In this document: positions 1-4,458 of the stretch, piece by piece
How the letters are laid out: every line of letters begins with the position of its first letter
How positions within the stretch are numbered: position 1 is the first letter of the stretch
Virus record (IMG/VR): IMGVR_UViG_3300001195_000001
Coordinates: 1 to 7,519 of that record
Direction: 5' to 3' (one strand)
DNA from: a virus
DNA length: 7,519 nt
The notes under the pieces: model-generated
What the model saw: only the letters and a program-made list of their open reading frames with translations
Databases searched by the model: none
What the model was told of the DNA's origin: nothing
Position numbers and translations under genes: made by a program

Positions 1-258
1 CTCCCGCTTAACCAGCAGAAGTTTTGGACCGAGCATCGCCACCGCGGGCTTGAAATCGTCATCATGGGTCAGGACCGCGATGATGTGCATAAGATCATCC
101 GCAGCCGGATCGAGGATATCGTTTACTTCCTCAAGCTGCAGGCGGTTGGGCGTCCCAATCAGTACAAGTGGGAGCAGCTGCAGAAGCAAGCCAAGGGCCG
201 ATTCGTGAAGATCGGTTCAGGCGTTCGAACCTATGAATCCAAGTACTTCGGTCTTTAC
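1..258. repeat. Terminal redundancy copy 1 (identical to 7262-7519), the signature of a circular molecule linearised with overlap
   Basis: Base-by-base comparison of the two window ends shows identity over 258 nt. The repeat lies inside the zot-like ORF and keeps its frame. Confidence 0.95.
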
Positions 259-957
259 TCGTCTGTCCGCCGTGAAGGGGTAGGGACCGGCGTTTACCAG
301 ACAGGGCGCACGAACGTCCTCAAGAACTCCAGAGCGCTTGCTATGGGCGTTCCTGCTGCCTTCGTTCTTGCCGGCTATGCCGTGTTTCACCTCATCGGTT
401 TCTTCGGCGGCAGCGGTCCTGTCAACTCTGAGCCGGCTACCAAGGTCACCGTCGCTAAGGCTGCACCTGTTGTCTACGAACAGCCTCCGGCTGGTCTCGT
501 CAACCCGGACCCGCCAACGCTGCATGTTGCCCAGTCAGCGCCAATTACCGACCAGGGCGAGGAGGTGCACGCCATCGACTATTTGGACAACCTCGCGCAG
601 AAGTACACCGTCAGGGCTACCGGCATTATCGACAGCCAGAAGGAAGGCAAGCGGCTCATGGGCCAGATCGAATTGCTCGACAGCTCCTACAACGTCAAGG
701 AACGCATGTACGTTCGTGAGATCGAGGCCATGGGCTGGACCGTCACACGAACCGGTTACGGGCTGCTGCTCGAAAAACAGGGCGTTTCCCATGTTGCCCG
801 GACATGGCCGCTCGACCTCAAGGGCCGAGTCAACGAACGCACGGTCAATAGCCTGTCAGGTTCCCCAAGCGGCGTGCCGCGGGGAACCGGACAGGCAGCT
901 TCCCGGCAATCCGAACTCGTCGTCGTCGGAACCGGCAAACCCGGTCACCTGTGGTGA
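1..957 (+). CDS. zot: Zot / pI-like assembly protein, 3' part (same gene as 6941-7519 after circularisation)
   Basis: The frame starting at base 1 is open and in phase with 6941 (position 1 = 7262). There is one predicted TM segment (ALAMGVPAAFVLAGYAVFHLIGFF), followed by a ~200-aa C-terminal domain as in pI/Zot proteins. The stop is TGA at 955-957. Confidence 0.85.
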   Translation, partial: LPLNQQKFWTEHRHRGLEIVIMGQDRDDVHKIIRSRIEDIVYFLKLQAVGRPNQYKWEQLQKQAKGRFVKIGSGVRTYESKYFGLYSSVRREGVGTGVYQTGRTNVLKNSRALAMGVPAAFVLAGYAVFHLIGFFGGSGPVNSEPATKVTVAKAAPVVYEQPPAGLVNPDPPTLHVAQSAPITDQGEEVHAIDYLDNLAQKYTVRATGIIDSQKEGKRLMGQIELLDSSYNVKERMYVREIEAMGWTVTRTGYGLLLEKQGVSHVARTWPLDLKGRVNERTVNSLSGSPSGVPRGTGQAASRQSELVVVGTGKPGHLW

Positions 958-973
958 TCCATTCAGATGGGGC

Positions 974-1004
974 GCTTCGCATAATCGGGAACGTTACGTT
1001 TAAT
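974..1004 (+). other. dif-like XerC/XerD site 1 (candidate attP arm): GCTTCGCATAA-TCGGGAACG-TTACGTTTAAT
   Basis: Each 11-nt arm matches the E. coli dif arms (GGTGCGCATAA / TTATGTTAAAT, recalled from memory) at 9/11 positions. The central spacer is 9 nt rather than 6. Confidence 0.6.
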
Positions 1005-1037
1005 CGTGTCGGGATGATGGTTGGCGGTCCCGGCGCG

Positions 1038-1065
1038 ATTTAATGTAACGTTGGTTATGCGCTGC
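1038..1065 (-). other. dif-like XerC/XerD site 2 (candidate attP arm), read on the minus strand: GCAGCGCATAA-CCAACG-TTACATTAAAT
   Basis: Canonical 11-6-11 architecture. Both arms match E. coli dif at 9/11. It is inverted relative to site 1 and 33 nt away. Confidence 0.65.
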
Positions 1066-1302
1066 GCTCCCGTTCCACTCGAAATCCCGCTTCACCTGGT
1101 TAAACAGGCACGTCTCTACGCGGCTGGTCGAGGTCCTAGCGACCTGGAAGCCGTACTCCACGTTCTGAATGATTACCCTAGGTTGTTCGCTGAGCTCCGG
1201 GAGCTTCGCCGCCGTGTTGCTCAGCTAGACGACGAGGGCGCCGCTCTGGACGCCCGTCTAACTGCCCTGCAGGACGCTTGCCGCGCTATTTTGCAGCTTT
1301 AG
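1057..1302 (+). CDS. Hypothetical ribbon-helix-helix-like DNA-binding protein with a C-terminal coiled-coil-like tail (81 aa from the ATG; the ORF is open from TTG 1021)
   Basis: The N-terminus VPLEIPLHLVKQARLYAAGRGPSDLEAVLHVLNDY fits the RHH pattern (beta strand, helix, G-x-S/T helix cap). The tail is RLFAELRELRRRVAQLDDEGAALDARLTALQD. No clear SD precedes the ATG, and the start is uncertain (1021 or 1057). Confidence 0.5.
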   Translation: MRCAPVPLEIPLHLVKQARLYAAGRGPSDLEAVLHVLNDYPRLFAELRELRRRVAQLDDEGAALDARLTALQDACRAILQL

Positions 1303-1303
1303 G

Positions 1304-1735
1304 TTAGGCGTCCTCACAGTCACGCTGTATCGCGATATAGCGCGGAATAACCGGGCCTGCATTTTTACTATCAACAAACGGATTTCCCGAATGAAGCATT
1401 GCGGAATGAATCAAATTATCCAGACGCTCATAAAGCTCGTATGAAATCGCCTCAGCCTGGTGAAGCGCATAGATAGCGCCGCTGCACCGGCCGTAGTAAG
1501 CCATCCGATTCAATGATTCCTGCTCGACACGAAGGCGAACAATGTCCGCCCAAAACATATGAATCCATCTGCCAGACATGCTTCCGCCTTGTTTTGATTT
1601 CACCCGCTCACGATAGGCGCGTTGCTTCTCGGCTGGCGTCATCGCCTTGCCGGTAGCAGGTCGCCCGCGCTTGCGCTTGGCTGGCTGCTCGTCCAGGGGG
1701 AGGGTTTTTGTTTGCTTGTCTGCTTGGTCGATCAT
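1304..1735 (-). CDS. Hypothetical protein with a basic AT-hook-like N-terminus (KRKRGRPATGKAMTPAEKQRAYRERVK) and a ~95-aa C-terminal domain of unknown function
   Basis: 143-aa ORF. Its ATG overlaps the stop of the upstream gene (ATGA at 1735-1732), giving translational coupling. It ends 1 nt from the stop of the convergent ORF 1057-1302. I recognised no catalytic motif. Confidence 0.65.
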   Translation of the reverse strand: MIDQADKQTKTLPLDEQPAKRKRGRPATGKAMTPAEKQRAYRERVKSKQGGSMSGRWIHMFWADIVRLRVEQESLNRMAYYGRCSGAIYALHQAEAISYELYERLDNLIHSAMLHSGNPFVDSKNAGPVIPRYIAIQRDCEDA

Positions 1736-1965
1736 GCTATGCGCTCCATAGATTCATCTATTGCATCGTTGATGAGTCCTGCCCAGTTTGCATAGCTCAC
1801 CTGGTTGCCGTTCCAGAATGCTGCCAGCATCCAATATGCACGCTGTGAAAGTTCGTTCCATTCCGCCAGGGTCAAGCAGGATTCGATTGCGTCCAGAAGC
1901 GCACTTGCACGCGCGTCGTTCAGCTCATCTTCTTGCATGTTGTAGATTTCGTCGGGATCTCTCAT
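1732..1965 (-). CDS. Hypothetical small, strongly acidic, Trp-rich helical protein (77 aa)
   Basis: A GGAG sits 8 nt upstream of the ATG (plus-strand CTCC at 1974-1977). I count 15 Asp/Glu against 4 Arg and 0 Lys, plus 4 Trp. It is the first gene of the two-gene minus-strand operon. Confidence 0.65.
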   Translation of the reverse strand: MRDPDEIYNMQEDELNDARASALLDAIESCLTLAEWNELSQRAYWMLAAFWNGNQVSYANWAGLINDAIDESMERIA

Positions 1966-1996
1966 GCGTCTTACTCCGTTCGTTGTTTATGGAGTA

Positions 1997-2026
1997 ATTA
2001 TAGTAACGTTACCACAAATAAGACAA
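1997..2026 (-). promoter_or_regulatory. Candidate sigma70 promoter of the minus-strand two-gene operon: -35 TTGTCT (2026-2021), 18-nt spacer, -10 TATAAT (2002-1997)
   Basis: The -10 hexamer is perfect and lies ~30 nt upstream of the ATG at 1965. The spacer contains the 10-bp palindrome GTAACGTTAC directly abutting the -10. Confidence 0.55.
2003..2012. promoter_or_regulatory. Perfect palindrome GTAACGTTAC, a candidate operator (motif copy 3)
   Basis: It lies inside the spacer of the candidate promoter. It shares the AACGTTAC core with 990-997, 1045-1052 and 2068-2075. Confidence 0.5.
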
Positions 2027-2067
2027 TTGTATGTTGCTATCGCGCTCGCACGTCTGATAGATAAAGC

Positions 2068-2082
2068 AACGTTACCTTAATT
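2068..2082 (+). promoter_or_regulatory. Motif copy 4, AACGTTACCTTAATT (candidate operator or XerD-arm-like half site)
   Basis: Same 8-nt core plus an A/T-rich tail as the other three copies. It lies ~45 nt upstream of the -35 of the minus-strand promoter. Confidence 0.4.
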
Positions 2083-2190
2083 CATCCTCGACCTCGCCGC
2101 TCGCGGCGATTAGTCGCCTGCACGCACTAGACTGATTGCGCCACTCTCACCGCGACGACACCCGCGCAGCGGCCTCAACCCAAGACAACG

Positions 2191-2228
2191 AAAAAGCCCC
2201 CGACGGCCTCAACGGCTCGTCAGGGGCT
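2191..2228 (-). terminator. Rho-independent terminator for minus-strand transcription
   Basis: 13-bp GC-rich stem (2195-2208 pairing with 2214-2228, with one mismatch and one bulge) and loop TCAAC. On the minus strand it is followed by TTTTT (plus-strand AAAAA at 2191-2195). There is no T-run on the plus strand. Confidence 0.6.
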
Positions 2229-2397
2229 CTTCGCGATCCTCGCTCTACTGTCCCGCTACAAACTCAACCCGCGCCCTGATTTGCCCAAACTAGGCCACTC
2301 CGAGCGCCTGCCTGGCAGTCTCCCAGGATCATCAGCACCGCTGCTGGTTAGGTCACGAAGTTGCGCAGGTTCCGCCGCGCTTTTCAGCTGGTTGGCG

Positions 2398-2421
2398 GTG
2401 GGGGTGTTGTTACACCCCCAC
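2398..2421 (+). other. Perfect 9-bp GC-rich hairpin GTGGGGGTG-TTGTTA-CACCCCCAC in the large intergenic region
   Basis: Read directly from the sequence. It lies just beyond the 3' end of the minus-strand regulator gene and is adjacent to a second hairpin. Confidence 0.6.
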
Positions 2422-2424
2422 TTT

Positions 2425-2442
2425 ACCCCGGATTCCCGGGGT
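2425..2442 (+). other. 7-bp hairpin ACCCCGG-ATTC-CCGGGGT
   Basis: Read directly from the sequence. It is in tandem with the 2398-2421 hairpin and overlaps the stop codon of the minus-strand gene by 1 nt. Confidence 0.55.
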
Positions 2443-2651
2443 CACTCGGTCTCTATCACCACATCGCCAGATGCATTGATCTGCACGTAAGGCACTGATC
2501 TATCAAGGATTTTGTGCACAAGCTCGCTGTCCCGCATCGGCGGCATGCCGCGCTTTACGAGTAACTTGTTGATTTCTATGCATTTTTGCCGGATCGCCTC
2601 TTGTTCGGCGGTAGTTAGGCGAATCGTTGCTGGCATTTTCAATTGGTCCAT
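2442..2651 (-). CDS. Small ribbon-helix-helix-like transcriptional regulator, divergent from the replication gene (candidate phage repressor, RstR-position analogue)
   Basis: The translation is MDQLKMPATIRLTTAEQEAIRQKCIEINKLLVKRGMPPMRDSELVHKILDRS, which fits beta strand plus two helices. It is divergently arranged from rep, with palindromes between them. The start is uncertain: TTG 2666, ATG 2651 or ATG 2636. Confidence 0.6.
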   Translation of the reverse strand: MDQLKMPATIRLTTAEQEAIRQKCIEINKLLVKRGMPPMRDSELVHKILDRSVPYVQINASGDVVIETE

Positions 2652-2683
2652 ATTGACACCCGTCAATCAGCATACGTGCATGC

Positions 2684-2693
2684 ATGTGATTTG
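2684..2693 (+). repeat. Direct repeat ATGTGATTTG, copy 1 (abuts the TGCATGCA palindrome)
   Basis: An identical 10-mer recurs at 2734-2743, exactly 50 bp away. Confidence 0.6.
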
Positions 2694-2695
2694 TG

Positions 2696-2723
2696 TTGAC
2701 GCATGCAAGTTCATCCGTATACA
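2696..2723 (+). promoter_or_regulatory. Candidate promoter of the replication/structural operon: -35 TTGACG (2696-2701), 16-nt spacer, -10 TATACA (2718-2723)
   Basis: The hexamers were read from the sequence and lie ~50 nt upstream of the rep ATG. A GCATGC palindrome (2701-2706) lies in the spacer. Confidence 0.5.
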
Positions 2724-2733
2724 TTCCGCCTCA

Positions 2734-2743
2734 ATGTGATTTG
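2734..2743 (+). repeat. Direct repeat ATGTGATTTG, copy 2 (abuts the 18-bp palindrome)
   Basis: Identical to 2684-2693. Confidence 0.6.
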
Positions 2744-2758
2744 CATGCATGCATGCAA
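2741..2758. promoter_or_regulatory. 18-bp perfect palindrome TTGCATGCATGCATGCAA, i.e. (TGCA)4, in the rep leader; a candidate operator or cruciform
   Basis: The sequence is self-complementary by inspection. It sits between the candidate -10 and the rep RBS (AGGGGAG at 2761-2767). Related palindromes are TGCATGCA at 2677-2684 and GCATGC at 2701-2706. Confidence 0.55.
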
Positions 2759-2772
2759 CAAGGGGAGCAGGG

Positions 2773-3921
2773 ATGTTTATCGATTGGCTTACGGTGTCTC
2801 AAGAGCATCAGCACGACCTTCCGGTTGTGTGCGATGTGATGACCATCACGATTGATACGAATACCAATGAAGTGCTCTCCACCCGCCAGCCTCGCTTTAA
2901 GCATGAGGCCAGCTATTCCACTTCGGTCACGATCCATGTGCAGGGGCGGAAAGTCCGTGTTGAAGGCAACCCAAGCCGGGTAGGTCGCCTGGACAACCTG
3001 TTCGGCTTCTCGACCATCGAGCAGTGCGTTTCGGTCTACAACCAGCTTCTGGCCGAGTACGGCCTGCCGGGCTTTACCCGCTGCACTCGCGTTGATCTGC
3101 GGGACGGCGCATCAGGTGCAAAGACCGGCGATCGCGTGGCAGACGGTGCCAAGATTGAGCGCATCGACCTCACCACTAACGTATCGGTAGGAGAGGGCAA
3201 CGTGTTGGCCTACCTGCGCGGCGTTTCCTCCCAGCGCATCGGGCACAGCATCGGTTTCCTGTATCCCAACGGCCGCACCGTTGCGTGGACCCCGAAGGGC
3301 AATGGCAAAGGCGGGCGGCTCCAGTATCGCAAGGCCTATGACAAGGCTTTCGAGCTGGACGAGAACCTTCTCCCGAAAATCAAGCGCCTCTATGGCGATC
3401 AATCCCCCGAGTTCCTGTATGTGCAGCGCGTCCGCGACTACTGCGCCCTTCATGGCGTTGTGCGGATGGAGCAGGAGCTTAAGAACGAATTTTTGCAGCG
3501 TGAATGCCTGGCCTATTGGGGCCTGTTTGACGAACGGCGTTTTGCCGAACTCCACGATGAGTTTTTGAGAATTGATGAGCGACTGAAGGTGACCGCAATG
3601 GACATTGTTTCCATTTCCCAGCAGCTGATGCTTGAGAAAGATGCCAAGGGCAAACCTATCTGCAAAACCACCCGTGCAGCTAACACCACCGCCATGTATG
3701 CGATTCAGTGGATGCACGGTCAGCAGTTCGACTTCAACAAGTCCGCCGTCCAGGAACACGCCGCTCGCCTCAACCGCATCGGCATCAACATCCGCAACGC
3801 CTGCGATACCTCGCGCTTCGCGCCGGTCTTCGTCCGTCAGGCTCGTGAAATCACCAAGTCCACGGTGCTGGCAATCCCCAGCTGGTATCAGCGCCCGAAC
3901 CATCTGCAGGTGGCCGCATGA
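2773..3921 (+). CDS. Rolling-circle replication initiation protein, phage gene II/X (CRI-like) family, 382 aa
   Basis: An AGGGGAG RBS lies 5 nt upstream of ATG 2773. The N-terminus MFIDWLTVSQEH and the motif VEGNPSRVGRLDNLFG resemble the conserved IDW and GNPSK...N.FG signatures I recall for filamentous-phage pII/RstA-type initiators. The gene is first in the + operon. Confidence 0.75.
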   Translation: MFIDWLTVSQEHQHDLPVVCDVMTITIDTNTNEVLSTRQPRFKHEASYSTSVTIHVQGRKVRVEGNPSRVGRLDNLFGFSTIEQCVSVYNQLLAEYGLPGFTRCTRVDLRDGASGAKTGDRVADGAKIERIDLTTNVSVGEGNVLAYLRGVSSQRIGHSIGFLYPNGRTVAWTPKGNGKGGRLQYRKAYDKAFELDENLLPKIKRLYGDQSPEFLYVQRVRDYCALHGVVRMEQELKNEFLQRECLAYWGLFDERRFAELHDEFLRIDERLKVTAMDIVSISQQLMLEKDAKGKPICKTTRAANTTAMYAIQWMHGQQFDFNKSAVQEHAARLNRIGINIRNACDTSRFAPVFVRQAREITKSTVLAIPSWYQRPNHLQVAA

Positions 3922-4094
3922 TCGTTAAATCCCAGTGCGCCGTTTGTGCTTGCGACGTCGACTACGACGTTCCTGCTCACGAACTCCACGATGCCCAGGA
4001 ACACGCCACTAGTGGTTTCAACTACTGCGCTGACCATGAGCTTAGTGGCTTTCCTGATCCTTTTTGGTTTTACCGCGTTGAGTTTTCTCAATGA
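3918..4094 (+). CDS. Hypothetical 58-aa Cys/His-containing protein (possible zinc-ribbon-like: CAVCAC...YCADH)
   Basis: Its ATG overlaps the rep stop (ATGA at 3918-3921) and its own stop overlaps the next ATG (ATGA at 4091-4094). It is below the ORF-track size cut-off. An alternative reading frame (3946-4446) is also open, so confidence is limited. Confidence 0.45.
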   Translation: MIVKSQCAVCACDVDYDVPAHELHDAQEHATSGFNYCADHELSGFPDPFWFYRVEFSQ

Positions 4095-4177
4095 TCGCCG
4101 CAACCGTCTCCCTGCTCGCAACCCTCGCCGGTGGCGCCATCGCGCTCTACCTCGTGCGTTTGGAGTTCCGCCCATGA
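4091..4177 (+). CDS. Hypothetical 28-aa single-TM peptide (MIAATVSLLATLAGGAIALYLVRLEFRP)
   Basis: It is bounded by ATGA overlaps at both ends (4091-4094 and 4174-4177). It has a hydrophobic core with a charged C-terminus, like the small inovirus membrane or minor-coat peptides. Confidence 0.35.
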   Translation: MIAATVSLLATLAGGAIALYLVRLEFRP

Positions 4178-4446
4178 TCCAGATGACCGAAAGCAAGCCA
4201 GGGGAGGGCATGACCCTCCGCACCGTCAGTTTCCAAGGCACCCAGCTCACCAGCGGCCAGCGTCGCCGCCTTCAAGAGCAACAGCAGGCCCGGCCATTCG
4301 TGAACCCGGTTCTGCAACAGCAAGTAAACGAAACCCTGGCAGCGCTCGAAGCTCGCCAGTCCGAGGGCATCAAGCCCGAACGCCAATGGTTCTTGGAACG
4401 CCAAGAGCGTGGCACTCCCTGCGTTGCCGACCTGTTCGGCTTTTAA
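4174..4446 (+). CDS. Hypothetical Gln/Arg-rich protein (90 aa)
   Basis: ATG 4174 is coupled by ATGA to the upstream peptide. An alternative start is ATG 4210, just after AGGGGAGGG. It is in the frame of track ORF 3946-4446. The stop is TAA at 4444-4446. Confidence 0.55.
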   Translation: MIQMTESKPGEGMTLRTVSFQGTQLTSGQRRRLQEQQQARPFVNPVLQQQVNETLAALEARQSEGIKPERQWFLERQERGTPCVADLFGF

Positions 4447-4458
4447 GAGGCAATACCC

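Noticed and set aside
1-258. Terminal direct repeats interpreted as LTR/att duplications or a real genomic duplication
   Set aside because: The repeat lies inside a coding sequence. It is 100% identical, and joining the ends restores a single uninterrupted zot ORF of normal length. A circular-genome overlap is the simplest explanation.
338-1003. 221-aa + strand ORF in an alternative frame of zot (also 217-525, 535-792 and 756-938 on the minus strand)
   Set aside because: The translations are Ser/Arg/Pro-rich and low in complexity. They overlap the in-frame continuation of the zot gene, and there is no independent start signal.
1788-1997. 69-aa + ORF antisense to the acidic-protein gene
   Set aside because: It has an Arg/Ser-rich translation and no RBS. 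The minus-strand gene has a GGAG RBS and ATGA coupling to its partner.
2281-2490. 69-aa + ORF in the large intergenic region
   Set aside because: It has a TTG start with no RBS, runs through two stable hairpins and into the minus-strand regulator gene, and its composition is implausible.
2503-2937. ORFs 2503-2724 (-), 2512-2739 (+), 2731-2937 (-) and the 2749 start of the rep ORF
   Set aside because: They span the palindrome-rich divergent promoter region or lie antisense to supported genes. ATG 2749 sits inside the 18-bp palindrome without an RBS, whereas ATG 2773 has AGGGGAG 5 nt upstream.
3112-3903. 263-aa ORF on the minus strand
   Set aside because: It lies entirely antisense to the well-supported rep gene. 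It has no RBS, and its Gly/Ala/Val/Leu-rich composition is typical of a shadow ORF in G+C-rich coding DNA.
3946-4173. N-terminal 76 codons of track ORF 3946-4446 (GTG start)
   Set aside because: There is no ATG or RBS at 3946 or at the internal Met codons. The region is better explained by the ATGA-coupled micro-ORF chain. I keep it as an explicit alternative because its GC3 is not worse and it contains a TM-like segment.
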